Shown here in pieces: positions 51,190-64,000 of a DNA stretch of 64,000 nucleotides. The notes beneath the pieces are model-generated. The model was given only the letters and a program-made list of their open reading frames with translations. It was not told the origin of the DNA and made no database searches. This stretch comes from Octopus bimaculoides (Eukaryota): positions 62,081,568 to 62,145,567 of the forward strand of contig NC_068992.1 in NCBI RefSeq assembly GCF_001194135.2, read 5' to 3'. Position 1 is the stretch's first letter, and every line of letters begins with the position of its first letter. A program made the translations under genes and the position numbers.

Positions 51190-52000
51190 ATGTCTGATGA
51201 CAGCCTATCTAATCCTCTAAAAGTTACACCACATCAGAGCCTTAGACTATTATTTATATTTTATCGATCCTTAGAAGGATTGAAGGTAAAGTTGTAACAG
51301 ACGGGATTTCAATTTGAACTTAAAATGTAGAGAACCGAAGTAAGTACCACAAGTCTCTTCGTTCTATCCTCTTCAGGTCCTGTAAATTCATTTTTAAAAT
51401 GATGAGAATGATGAGGGGGTCATAGCTTGAATGATTCTCAACGAAGGTTCGTCAAGTCATTGAAAATGACTGAGCAGACCAGCCGATCAGAATCGCTTGA
51501 GTTAATCAAGATAACATCAATTAAAACATCATCAACATCATTATCATTTTCGTCGTCGTCGTCAACAACAACAGCAACAACAACAAAAGCAACAGCAATG
51601 ACATCTCTCAATCAGCAAATCTGAGACTTTTGGCACAGCCGATATGGCGCCGCTTATTTGGCATAGCTGATTCGATGCTGACTTATTTGATATTCAGAGG
51701 TTTGGATGTTTCTCTCGTTTCAATATTTCTCTCCTTCTCTCACATTTCCCTTTATGTGTATGAGGAGAGGGGAAAAGACTATATACCAATAGTCTTCAAT
51801 TAATAAATTGTAACGTCTCTACTTCTCTCTCTCTCTCCCTCTCTCTCTCCCTCTCCCTCTCTCACTTTCCTACTCTCTCCTATCTATAAGCGAATATTTC
51901 TGTGAATGCAGGTGCGTTTCTGTGTGTTTGTTTTCGGTGCCAAAATGTAGTGCCACCAAAACAGGTTCAATGTCCTGTCAGTCGTACCAAAGCAAATTAC

Positions 52001-52063
52001 CCGCGCCCAAACAGCCGCGCCCAAACAGCCGCGCCCAAACAGCTATGCCCAAACAACTGCGCC
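52001..52063 (+). repeat. 14-bp GC-rich tandem repeat x about 4.5
   Basis: ccgcgcccaaacag three times perfect, then ctatgcccaaacaa and ctgcgcc. Confidence 0.92.
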
Positions 52064-52199
52064 TGATCGTTTCATTCAGTAACTCAGTTATCAATCACAG
52101 CCCATGAAGCTGTTTCTCACTCTGACCAGAGTCTACTGACCCAAATTATAGAAGCCTTACAAGTTGGAACTGGTACCGTTTCCCACGCGTAAATATTTT

Positions 52200-52548
52200 T
52201 ATCTTTTACTTCTTTCGGTTATTAGACGGTGGCCATGCTGCAGTACCGCCTTAAAGAAGTTTTCGTCGAATTAATCGACCCCAGTACTTATATTTCTCGT
52301 TTTTTTTTGTTAAGTCCGGTATATATTTATCGAACCTTTTGACGAACCACTAGGTTACTGAGACAAACACAGACAACAACGGATACACACACACGTGCAT
52401 GCACACACACATACACACATGCGCACACACATATACACACACATTTGGGCTTCTTTCAGTTTCCGTCTTCCAAAATCCGCTCACAAGGCTTTGGTCGGTC
52501 CAAGGTTATAGTAGAAGGCCCAAGGTGCCACGCAGTGGGACTGAACTC
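52200..52548 (-). mobile_element. SINE family B
   Basis: Tail ggccatgctgcagtaccgcc..aatcgaccccagtac; body gggcttctttcagtttccgtc...cccaaggtgccacgcagtgggactgaac. Confidence 0.85.
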
Positions 52549-52732
52549 TCTATCTTGACAAAAGAAAAATATCCGAAACATCGTTGTTGTTTCCATTCCT
52601 TCACAGTACATTTCATGGACTTTACATACTTGTTCGTTGATTTTTTTCCTCATAATTCTCTGACTGTGATCATGTTTCACATTGGAGAATATATTCTTAC
52701 CTTACTGACGTAGACCAAACTTAGGAAAATGG

Positions 52733-52780
<48 letters not shown>

Positions 52781-52902
52781 GAAATCACCATCATCATCAT
52801 CATTATCATCATCGTCGTCGTCATCATTATCATCATCATCATTACCATTATGTTGGGGAATTTCTCTCTCTTTCTCTCTGTCTCTGTCTGTCTCTCTGTC
52901 TC

Positions 52903-52939
<37 letters not shown>

Positions 52940-54113
52940 CCATATACAAACACACACATATTTACTTGTGTGTGTGTGTGTGTCTGCGTGTGTGTGTGTG
53001 TGTCCATATAAAATTGTATACTTATTCATAATCTCCGAAATCATGAAAACCATAAAAATAAACTGTCGAAATTTCTTCTGCATACCGTCAGGTGTATTTC
53101 GAGACTGAAAACTTACGCAAGGTGTGTATGGATGAATGTAGGTGCATAGCACACACATACACACGCAGCTATATATAAATATATACACACGCACATATAT
53201 ATTTGTATGTATATGCCTATATCTGTAATTACATGCGTATTTATAAAAAGGTATACCCGTTTATATATAGGTATATATGTATGCGTGCGCGCGCGTGGGG
53301 ATGGGTGCGTTGGTGCAAGGGTGGTGGTACTGGGGTAATGTGTTGGTGGGGGCGGGGGTGTAAAGAACAACAATAACCTGGCGTTGATATGTAGCACAGT
53401 TTTGGTGAAAGTAGGATTCCTGTCTATTTTCATAGTTGAAACTCAGACGATCTGTTTACATTCCGCCATTCGTTTTAGCTTCGTCGCTTGTTACCGTTTA
53501 TAAGTGTGTGTTTGTATGTATGTATGTACGTATGTATAGGTGTGTGTGTGTGTGTATATACGTGTGTGTGTGTATGCATGTATGTATGTATGTATGTACG
53601 TATGTATGGGTGTGTGTGTGTATATACGTGTGTGTGTGTATGCATGTATGTATGCATGTATGTATGCATGCATGTATGTATGAATGTATATATGTATGTG
53701 TATGTATGTATGTATGTATGTGTGCGTATGTATGTATGCATTTATGCATTTATGTGCTTATATATGAATGCATGTATGTGTTATTGTATCTATGCATGTT
53801 CGCATGCATTGGTGTGCATGTACGTGTGCGTACGTATGCGTATATANNNNNNNNNNCATACACACATATACATACACATAGTCACATATGTATACACGCA
53901 TTGGTATATGTACATATATATATATAAATATATATTTGTGTAGAGTATGTACGTATCTATATATGTATATACACACACGCATATGAATATATACGTGTGT
54001 GTGTGTGTGTTTATTTGTGTGTGTGTGCGCGTGTATGTGTATGGGTGTGTGTGCATGTGTAGGTATGTATGTCTGCATATATGCATAATCAGAAAATCAT
54101 TTTGATATTAAGT

Positions 54114-54405
54114 CAGTGCTTCTCAAACTATCTAATGTGTTTTACCGAGTTTTTTTTTCCCAGTGTGCCAGAGAACGGTAATATTTCTTAGTAATATTAA
54201 TTTATACCGGAAACAATATATATAATGAATAGAATAAAAGCTGACAACTTTTTTATTTTATATTTTATTTTGTAGACAAATAATACAATTTTACATAAGC
54301 ATTTTATAATGTTTCTTACTTTTCTGGAAACTCGCCGCGTAGCGGCAACTGATGGCTCGCGGACTGGCATCGGTCCGCGGACCACCAAAGTGTTAAGTAA
54401 CGCTG
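54114..54405. mobile_element. hAT (Charlie-like) MITE, degenerate
   Basis: Left end cagtgcttctcaaact, right end ...ggtccgcggacc...ttaagtaacgctg. An 8-bp TSD is not recognisable. Confidence 0.45.
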
Positions 54406-54568
54406 GGTTTAAACGCATAGAGGATAACCTTTTGCAGTGCTTTTCGGCCCAGAAAGCATTGATAAAAAAACTACCACCAAATGGTTTAAACATAATCTTC
54501 TGAGAGAGTTAGAGCTATTGTCCCAGGATGATTGAAGTCTGAAAATGTTACACATAATAAAGCACGCG

Positions 54569-54603
<35 letters not shown>

Positions 54604-54729
54604 ACAGGGGCAAATAGACAACCACCTACACACTCATACATAGACGTACACATGCATGTATACAGACACCTACATACATATACACGTATGTGTGCGTGTT
54701 TATCTATCTATAGATGTATTATCTATGTA

Positions 54730-54788
<59 letters not shown>

Positions 54789-56256
54789 GTCAAGCGCTCA
54801 TACACATACATAGCACATATAAATATACATGCAACCATAAACGTATGTGTATATGTATGTGTTTATGTATGTATGTAAGAACTCTGTGTGACGAAAGAAC
54901 TCTGGCCGAAATAAGATTAAGATTAAGATTAATGTAATATAAAGCTGAAAAAAAAAATTAACACCAAATATACAGTGCGTGTGTTTTTATTGGCTAAACT
55001 GGCAATATGACCATCCCCAAGTACAACAACATCTGTTTCAACACACGATTTCACATAAAAAAATNNNNNNNNNNNNNNNNNNNNNNNNNNNNNNNNNNNN
55101 NNNNNNNNNNNNNNNNNNNNNNNNNNNNNNNNNNNNNNNNNNNNNNNNNNNNNNNNNNNNNNNNNNNNNNNNNNNNNNNNNNNNNNNNNNNNNNNNNNNN
55201 NNNNNNNNNNNNNNNNNNNNNNNNNNNNNNNNNNNNNNNNNNNNNNNNNNNNNNNNNNNNNNNNNNNNNNNNNNNNNNNNNNNNNNNNNNNNNNNNNNNN
55301 NNNNNNNNNNNNNNNNNNNNNNNNNNNNNNNNNNNNNNNNNNNNNNNNNNNNNNNNNNNNNNNNNNNNNNNNNNNNNNNNNNNNNNNNNNNNNNNNNNNN
55401 NNNNNNNNNNNNNNNNNNNNNNNNGATTGAACGTCACGCATCCTATTCCAAGTAAGTTTTATCTTATATATATGTATGTATATACTATTTATATTATTAC
55501 ATGATTGAACGTCACGCATCCTATTCCAAGTAAGTTTTATCTTATATATATGTATGTATATACACACACACATAAAGAAATATAATATACATATGCACAC
55601 ACGCACACATGTAAATATCTATAAACAAACACATACAAACACACACATATACGCCACCACCACCCCCCACACACAAATCTACTCGCTTATAAAAATAGAA
55701 ACGAAAAGCACAATGAGAGAAAGAAAGAATGGAGGAAGAAATTGTAGGAAAAACATTTAGAAATACATAAATATCGAAAGAAAATAGTGATAGAATTAGT
55801 TAAACGAGTAGAATAATGAGAGCGACATGTTGAGGAATACTTGGTGCTATATCGAGTCATGGTGGACGCTTTCATGTATGGTTTGGATGCAGCCGACAGA
55901 CGAAGAAATGACGTCATTCATCTCTCTCTCTTTCTCGCTCTCATACTATATCTTCCTCTCCCTCCTGCTATATCTCACTTTTTCGCTCTCTATATATATC
56001 TTTTTCTTTCCCTCTCTCTATGTTTTTCTGTTTATTTCCCTCTTTTTCTCCTCCCCCCCCCTTTCTCTCTCTCTTTCTCTACTTTCGTGAACAAGCATGA
56101 AGCTTTCACGATAAACATGTAATATAGTATTCTTTACCTGTCTGCCTTTCTCTGTCACGCTCTCTCTCTCCCCTCCTCTCTCTCACTTAATGGCCCTGTT
56201 CATACATATCTGTTAGTTTCAGTGTATGTGCGTTAGTTTTTGCGCAAACACATTTG

Positions 56257-56334
<78 letters not shown>

Positions 56335-57019
56335 NNNNNNNNNNNNNNNNNNNNNNNNNNNNNNNNNNNNNNNNNNNNNNNNNNNNNNNNNNNNNNNNNN
56401 NNNNNNNNNNNNNNNNNNNNNNNNNNNNNNNNNNNNNNNNNNNNNNNNNNNNNNNNNNNNNNNNNNNNNNNNNNNNNNNNNNNNNNNNNNNNNNNNNNNN
56501 NNNNNNNNNNNNNNNNNNNNNNNNNNNNNNNNNNNNNNNNNNNNNNNNNNNNNNNNNNNNNNNNNNNNNNNNNNNNNNNNNNNNNNNNNNNNNNNNNNNN
56601 NNNNNNNNNNNNNNNNNNNNNNNNNNNNNNNNNNNNNNNNNNNNNNNNNNNNNNNNNNNNNNNNNNNNNNNNNNNNNNNNNNNNNNNNNNNNNNNNNNNN
56701 NNNNNNNNNNNNNNNNNNNNNNNNNNNNNNNNNNNNNNNNNNNNNNNNNNNNNNNNNNNNNNNNNNNNNNNNNNNNNNNNNNNNNNNNNNNNNNNNNNNN
56801 NNNNNNNNNNNNNNNNNNNNNNNNNNNNNNNNNNNNNNNNNNNNNNNNNNNNNNNNNNNNNNNNNNNNNNNNNNNNNNNNNNNNNNNNNNNNNNNNNNNN
56901 NNNNNNNNNNNNNNNNNNNNNNNNNNNNNNNNNNNNNNNNNNNNNNNNNNNNNNNNNNNNNNNNNNNNNNNNNNNNNNNNNNNNNNNNNNNNNNNNNNNN
57001 NNTATATATATATATATTT

Positions 57020-57458
57020 GGGACCGACCAAAGCATTGTGAGTAGATTTGGTTGATGGAAACTAAAAGAAGCCCGTTGCATAAGGCTTTACTTCCACACA
57101 TGCCAGCTTAATTTAATTCGTCCCTAGTCGAAAGACACCTGTTGTTATGTCCTGTTAATTGCATTTGTATTTGTATAACATTTCTCTCTTTTTTCCGTCC
57201 ATGTTTTTGTATACATTCGCTGCTTTCTTCCAAAGAATTTAATGCTCTTAGCTTAGTTTTTCCTTCAGGCTGGCCAGATTGGAGCAATCTCGAGTATAAC
57301 CAGCCTAAATCGCATTGATAATCTGGAACTCGACTGAGGAAAGAAAACTCCGAAGGTCCCGTCCTTGTTTTCTTTCTATCGTCTGTCTGGATGTTTTGTT
57401 GTCCCTTTTTTGTATCACCTAACAGTCTGGATGTTTTGGGTTCTTGTCCCATTTTTGT

Positions 57459-57510
<52 letters not shown>

Positions 57511-57730
57511 TACACACACACACACACACATATATATATAGGTACATATATGTGTGTATGTGTCTTTGTGTGTGTTTGTTCCCCACTGCTTAACAACCGG
57601 TGCTGATGTGTTTACACCCCTTAACTTAAAAATATAAGCACTAGGGTCGATTTATCGACTAAAATTCTTCAAGGAGGTGCTACAGCATGGCCGCAGCCTA
57701 CTGACTGAAGCAAGCAAAAGAAAAAAAGTA
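57020..57730 (+). mobile_element. SINE family B split by an unclassified insertion at about 57085-57460
   Basis: 5' piece ccgaccaaagcattgtgag...aaagaagcccgt; 3' piece ccactgcttaacaaccggtgctg...cagcatggccgcagcctactgactgaa. Confidence 0.8.
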
Positions 57731-57840
57731 TGTTACACACACACATATATATGTATATATATATAAGTTTATATACATATACATAATATAGATACATATA
57801 TTTACTCATCCATTTATATACAGCTCTACCTATCTATCTT

Positions 57841-58072
57841 ATTTCTTTATTGCCCACAAGGGGCTAAACATAGATGGGACAAACAAGGACAGACAAAAGG
57901 ATTAAGTCGATTACAACGACCCAAGTGCGTAACTGGTACTTAATTTATCGATCCCGAAAGGATGAAAGGCAAAATCGACCTCGGTGGAATTTGAACTCAG
58001 AATATAGCGGCAGACGAAATACAGCTAAGTATTTCGCCCGGCGTGCTAAGGTTTCTCCCAGGTCGCCGCCTT
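57841..58072 (-). mobile_element. SINE family A, alternative-tail subfamily, full length
   Basis: tttctttattgcccacaaggggctaaac...aaggatgaaaggcaaaatcgacctcggtggaatttgaactcag...cccggcgtgctaa...gtcgccgcctt. Confidence 0.92.
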
Positions 58073-58225
58073 TGTATCTATGTATCCATCTATCTATTTA
58101 TTTATGTATCTGTCTGTCTATCCATCGATCTACACACACACACACGTATATATACACTTATGTACATATGTGCATATACATTCATACCACACACACATAC
58201 ATACATACATACATACATACATACA

Positions 58226-58334
<109 letters not shown>

Positions 58335-58438
58335 ATATATCTATATATATATATGTATATATATGTATATAGATAGATAGATAGATAAACATTTATACAT
58401 ATGTAATGTGTGTGTTTATATATGCATACATACGTATG

Positions 58439-58480
<42 letters not shown>

Positions 58481-58523
58481 TAGAGAGAGAGAGGGAGATG
58501 TGTGTGTATGTGTGCGTGCGTGT

Positions 58524-58573
<50 letters not shown>

Positions 58574-59074
58574 TTCTGCCTATTTGTGCTCCTGTTTGTC
58601 TACCCATCTCTCTGTCTTATCATCACACAAACATTTCTAGCTAACTCTTTAATGTTCCATGCAGTACATATGTTATCATTATCATTAACTCCATTATTAT
58701 TTCGAACACGCATTCGATGGAGGATGCCAGCGACATTAACAGCACTAACAACATTATTAACACTAACAATAACATAATTAATAGATAAAACGAAAACAAC
58801 ATACGAGGCCGACCAAAAACATATGGAAGAAAAAGCTGTCGCTGATGAAACAACAGAAGGACCAAATTCTTCTGATGTAAGAACCAAACCCTGCAACAGA
58901 ACATGGCATATCTACAGACTTACCAGTTAAGATATTCTTGAGGATTAAATCTCAGGGCATTAAGACAATGTTTGGGGGAGGGGATATTATAAAAATAGAA
59001 AAAAAAAAAAGCAAGGGCGGTAAGAAAATCTAAAGAAGTCCTGCTAATTAATCCAATTAATATGTCTGTTATCT

Positions 59075-59525
59075 TTTATATTTTATTTGTTTTAGTCATT
59101 GAAATGCGGTGTGGCCATGCTGGGGCACCGCCTTGAAGAATTTCTTGTCGAATGAATCGACCCCAGTAATTATTTGTTTTTTTTTTTGTTTTTTTTTAAA
59201 ACTGGTACTTATCCTATTGATCTCTTTTGTTGAACCACTAGTTTACGGGGAAGTAAACTCAACAGCACATGTCGTCAAGCGGTGGTGCGGAATAAATACA
59301 CACACACGCACACGTACACACACGCACGCACACACATGTGCGTACGCACGCATGCACACACAAATATATACACACATGACTGCCTCCTTTCAGTTTCCAC
59401 CTACCAGGTCCATTCACATGGCTTTGGTAGGTCCGAAGCCATAGTTGAAAACACTAACGCAGAGGGACTGAACACGGAATTATGTGGTTGGAATGCATGC
59501 TTCTTACCACACAGACATGCCTGTG
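59075..59525 (-). mobile_element. SINE family B, full length, degenerate
   Basis: Tail ggccatgctggggcaccgcc..aatcgaccccag through head gcttcttaccacacagacatgcctg. Confidence 0.82.
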
Positions 59526-59695
59526 AACTCGTTACGATATATTTTCTTTTATAGGGGTAGGGTAACTCCGAAAACAATTCTTTAATATTATGTGAATTAC
59601 CAAAATGGGCACATTCTCCCCACACACTCCACTCTCTGTTAATATGTTCCTACTGTTAAATATCTTGTGTTTTTTGAGACGAATAATTGTTTTAT

Positions 59696-59840
59696 TACGA
59701 GTTGCGTTCAAAAAGTATTCGACGTTTTTTTCCCCCCCGCTAAAACTAATATCGCGTGAGCAAAATCCTTTGGATGGGAGGTGAAGCCACCCTTTCTGCA
59801 CATGTGTGAAAATTTTCGCTCCGGTAGACCGCAGGTCACT
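59696..59840 (+). mobile_element. Mariner-like 5' end (TIR plus leader)
   Basis: TACGAGTTGCGTTCAAAAAGT resembles the mariner TIR start TACGAGGG..CAAAAAGT. No partner TIR found. Confidence 0.5.
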
Positions 59841-60518
59841 TATGAGGTTCTCACAAGTGCTACTGGTAACATGGAATCCAGTACAACCTGTTGCGATTAA
59901 ACCGGCACTCCCATTATGCTACCCTTGTGAAGAGGGTTGCTAGAAACCCAGCAGGATTAAAAGCAAGACCTGCTGAAAGGCTCAACGGCTATCTAGCAAT
60001 AGTACGGGTACGCAGAAATTCCGGGATGGTGTCCGTCGTGGTAGAAGACCACTGGGAGTGAGACACACCACATCTTCCGTTGAAGCATGTCTCTAGGAGA
60101 AAACCAGATATGCAGGAGATGGCATTGGATATTTTTAGTATCTTTGGTTTGTGCTAGAGATCATGGTGCTCCCACATCCCTGAGCCCGCGGCTCATATTG
60201 GCACCAGACATATCGCTCTGGCTTGTCTCTAGATATTGTCAATAGAGTGGAGAAGGTCTATGAGGTGTTGTGTAAGCCTTATTGGACCTAATACTCTGTA
60301 CAGGCATTGCTGAACTCTGCTCGATATGTGCTGCTTTTTACCTCCTATTTATATTTATTTTATTTTCAGTATATATGTATCTTTATTTTTAGTATATATT
60401 CATTTATTTTTGGTATATATTTTATTTTTATTCGGAAGTCCTGCGGCGATGGAAAGATGGTGAAGCATGCAGACCTGGCGGGTTGGAAGCATGTAGTCAG
60501 TGACCCGCACGTAGCTAT

Positions 60519-60890
60519 TTTTATACACAGCTGAGAGCCATACTGAGGAAAATCCCTAATTCTGATAAGATCATTCTATTAGGAGATTTCAATGCCAGGG
60601 TTGGAACAGACTGGCAAACATGGAAGTCTCTAGCACGTTTTCGTGTTGCGAAAATGAGTAGCAATGGTTTCATGCTGTTGGATGTTTGCGACGAACATGG
60701 ACTCTACATCGCAAGCACTCATTTTATGCACAAAGGTGACCACACAACATCATGGATGCATCCAAGGCCTAAAGTTTAGCACTTGCTGGATTATGTCACC
60801 ATCCGAAAGCGTGACATCAATGACGTTTGTAATGTGAAGACCTTTCATGGATCGGAATGCTGGAGAGGCGACAGTCTGGTGCGAGCAAGT
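60519..60890 (+). mobile_element. RTE (BovB-like) AP-endonuclease fragment
   Basis: FYTQLRAILRKIPNSDKIILLGDFNARVGTDWQTW...SNGFMLLDVCDEHGL...TSWMHPRPKV*HLLDYV...GSECW; one in-frame stop. The region from about 59850 to 60300 may be the decayed 5' part. Confidence 0.92.
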
Positions 60891-61019
60891 TCATATTTAT
60901 CTATATCTATAAAGTTATTAAATAGATTAATATTCATAATCCATCAACTAGTATTGGTCAGTAAGAGAGTCGGATAAAAGTAATCGTGTGAATATTTGCT
61001 AATTTCAGTTATAATGGGA

Positions 61020-61560
61020 AGGGAATTTGGTCCTGGACATTGGTCCTCTCAAGGAAGTCCTCCCAGTGAACACTGCATGACACAAGTAGAGAAGTTTAAG
61101 TACGTTAGGGCGGAATTGATTGCAAGCACAATAAGGCATCAGATTCAGCCTTCAATTGTCAGAAAAATAGAAGCTGCCCCCCCCCCCCAAAAGTCAGATC
61201 CACGATCTTCAGTTCGGTTTTCGTGCCTATCCTCATCTAAAGTCACAAATGCTGAGTAATGACCGGAAAGGTGAGATCAAGGAGTCCCTCCAGATCGAGA
61301 CGCTAATTCCATAACGACAGACATGTGATTAGAATGTCACAGAAAAGAATCGCAAGACGGATTCTTCAAGCCGATCCAACCAGCAGGAGACCTCGAAGTA
61401 GCGCGTGAATAAAATTGTTGAATAATATCCATTGAATCAGTTGGAAATCCGACCGGAATGTGTAATGACGGTTGCATTTGATAGGATCCTATGACGAACT
61501 CTGACCCACGACTCACCCAGGATTAGCCGGCGGAGAAGAGAGATGGATGGATGATGAGTT
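61020..61560 (+). mobile_element. RTE LINE 3' fragment, Rex3/Expander-like
   Basis: QVEKFKY..., STIFSSVFVPILI*SHKC*VMT, RHVIRMSQKRIARRILQADPTSRRPR, and a 3' end ...ggattagccggcggagaagagagatggatggatg. Same family as 44340-44790. Confidence 0.82.
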
Positions 61561-61778
61561 TTCGATTCGTTCCTTTCTGAAACGGTAACACCATCTCCTT
61601 CGTCTTTTTTAATATAATGAATGGTATGATCCCTTTACTTGAGTTTATTTATTTTACACTGCAATAAACTCAATAAACTCTCTTGTAAGCGCTCTTCTGG
61701 TTCGCTTGTCACTGACGAAGACAGACCTGAGCGTTAGGTTTCGGATATTATCCTGTGGTTCATTCAGTCAGTAAGTCC

Positions 61779-61819
<41 letters not shown>

Positions 61820-61911
61820 ATATCTATCTATCTATCTATCTATCTATCTGGCTGTCTGTCTGACTGGCTGTTATTTTCCCCTCTTTCAATTTATCTATTT
61901 ATCTCCCTGTC

Positions 61912-61975
<64 letters not shown>

Positions 61976-62152
61976 CGTCCGTCCATCTGTCTCTACCTGT
62001 TTACCTGTCTTTTGTCTGTCTGTTCATATCTATCTTTATCTATTTATCTATTTTTTACCAATTTTATCAATTTACCAATCAACTAATCTATTTCTCTATC
62101 TTCCTAACAATGTATATTTGCATGCATCCATCTATCCTAACACGTACTTACA

Positions 62153-62226
<74 letters not shown>

Positions 62227-62499
62227 TACATCCTCATGATATGACAATCTCTTTCCTACTTAGTTTAAAATATATTATTTAATACATATTTTTCACATGT
62301 ATAGTTTAGTACATCAAACATTTCATGTCATCTAAAGCCTCATTACTTCATAAACCTCCAACAGCTAACCAACTTCCTAAACTACAGAACATGATATCTG
62401 TTGCATTTTCTGGTCATGGTTTAACATTACACTCACTTTAGAACAACTTACCTGCTGTGTAAACCCTAATTTTATTCCATTCATATAAACATTTGAATG

Positions 62500-62695
62500 A
62501 AGGTGACGAATTAGCAGAATCATTAGCGCGTCGGACTAAAATAACTGAGAGGTATTTCTGCTGGCTCTCTAGGTCTTGGGTTCAAATCCTGTCGAGGATG
62601 ACTTCGCCTTTCATCCCTTCCGAGTCGATGAAATAAAGTACCGATCAATGTAATTGACTGTCGCCATCCCCTCAAAATTACTTGTCTTGAGTCCT
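62500..62695 (+). mobile_element. SINE family A, degenerate
   Basis: gaaggtgacgaattagcagaatcattagcgcgtcggac...gggttcaaatcctgtcgagg..gacttcgcctttcatcc. Confidence 0.75.
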
Positions 62696-62991
62696 GCAGC
62701 GGACTGGTGTCCAATTCAGAGCGAATAATATGATCTCTGTCACTTATATGCCATAGAAACTGTGTAACAGGCCTTATAAATCCTAGGGTTAGAAAATAGA
62801 AAAAAACAAAAACATTTGAATTTCTTTTTTGTTTATTTATTTTTCTTTTAGTTTCATCTTCCTTTTTGATATATTTCATCTCCTTTTCCGATAAATACGA
62901 TGTAAATTTATCGTATTTTCCTTAGTTTTTTTCCATCGACGTTCATGTCCATATTCCTGGCGGTGTTACTACAATATTACTGTACAGAGAT

Positions 62992-63090
62992 AGGCGGCGA
63001 GGTGGCAGAATCGTTAGCATGCCGGACAAAATGTTCTTCGTCCGTTCTTACTTTCTGAGTTCAAATTCGGCTCAGGCCGACTTTGCTTGT
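62992..63090 (+). mobile_element. SINE family A head
   Basis: aggcggcgaggtggcagaatcgttagcatgccggacaaaatg...ctgagttcaaattcgg...ccgactttgc. Confidence 0.8.
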
Positions 63091-63699
63091 TTTACTTCTA
63101 GTAATTGTTGAAATCAATCCTCTTGATAACTGATAGCATTGTTCGTTTTGAAAGCGTCACTTACACCCACGCACCTGGTGGTACGCAGAACAGTTATACG
63201 GACTCACAACTAACTGCTTCAACGCTCGTTACAAGCAACATACGTATTCCTTTCGCTCTAAGAACGTCCCTCTTTTATCCTGATTTCACTCGAAGCTCAC
63301 AGCGACATCACGACCCTGCAATATTTGAGATTATTATTGACAGAGCAACTCTATATTACAACAGACTACAAAACTAAACTTTATTGATTTGAACAATTAC
63401 AAATATTGAGACAGATAGCTAAGGCAGTTAATAGAAAATCTGATATGCTGTCTGACTATCGTCACAGGTGGGTATTCCTTTTGGACAACATATAGTAGTC
63501 TATAGAATTCACGACTAAGGCTCACGTATATGCAAACACCCTTATTGATGAATATGCTTCTTGACCGGTATGTTTCCTTTACGATTCAGCAGATACGCCA
63601 GCATCTTCCAATTCGAGGTTCCTCACAGCATATGTGTGTATGTGTGTATGATCGAGTTTTCATATTTTTCGTTTCACTGATTGACAACTGATTTAGGTT

Positions 63700-63885
63700 C
63701 GTTCCCGTCGCCGTAAGCTGGCAGTTCGGCAAAAATTCGTCGATAAAATAAGTAGCATACATACTTTAAATACTGACTTCGATATGCATGATAAAGAACT
63801 TCAGCGGGGTAATGCTCCCCCATCCACCACATGACTGCAGTCCGATGACTGACACAAGTAAAAGACTAAAAAGAAAAGAATATAC
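63700..63885 (+). mobile_element. SINE family B tail, degenerate
   Basis: gcagttcggcaaaaa...gataaaataagta...catgactgcagtccgatgactgacacaagtaaaagactaaaaag. Confidence 0.65.
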
Positions 63886-64000
63886 ATATATACACGAGGA
63901 CATAAACGCACCAACACCGATTGTCAAGCAGAAGAGTGGGGGAAAACACAGATACCAAGTCACACACACACACACACACACATATATAATATATATATAT

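Noticed and set aside
52001-52063. CRISPR-like array
   Set aside because: Contiguous 14-bp tandem units without spacers, in eukaryotic DNA with no cas genes.
54941-55064. Minus-strand peptide SCVETDVVVLGDGHIASLANKNTRTV
   Set aside because: No usable donor, it abuts a gap and no motif was recognised.
55907-55918. Perfect CRE palindrome aaTGACGTCAtt
   Set aside because: About one 8-mer match per 64 kb is expected by chance, and there is no promoter context.
58700-58930. Peptides MEDASDINSTNN... and MEEKAVADETTEGPNSSD with a GTAAGA donor
   Set aside because: The two peptides are in different frames with stops, there is no pyrimidine tract, and part derives from AAC-type repeats.

Overview
Eukaryotic, AT-rich, draft-quality genomic DNA. 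It has many N gaps and extreme microsatellite density. The interspersed tRNA-derived SINEs and simple-repeat make-up point to a coleoid cephalopod, most likely Octopus (inference; no search run). No intact protein-coding gene, rRNA, true tRNA or CRISPR array is supported, and nearly all ORFs in the track are microsatellite or gap artefacts. The window reads as intron or intergenic DNA filled with three SINE families (my labels A, B, C), degenerate LINE fragments (several RTE lineages plus one other APE-LINE), a DD37D/maT-like transposase remnant, mariner, pogo-like and hAT-like MITEs, and long foldback elements. The most notable signals are four. (1) Minimal hammerhead-ribozyme-like motifs of the Penelope type at 35458-35492 and 22878-22908. 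(2) A (TTAGGG)n tract inserted in register inside a SINE at 24074-24100. (3) Several long palindromes or foldbacks. (4) One well-bounded 61-nt candidate exon at 18183-18243 ending in GRWN-G, reminiscent of the ionotropic glutamate receptor S1 loop (speculative). Coordinates of decayed repeats are approximate.
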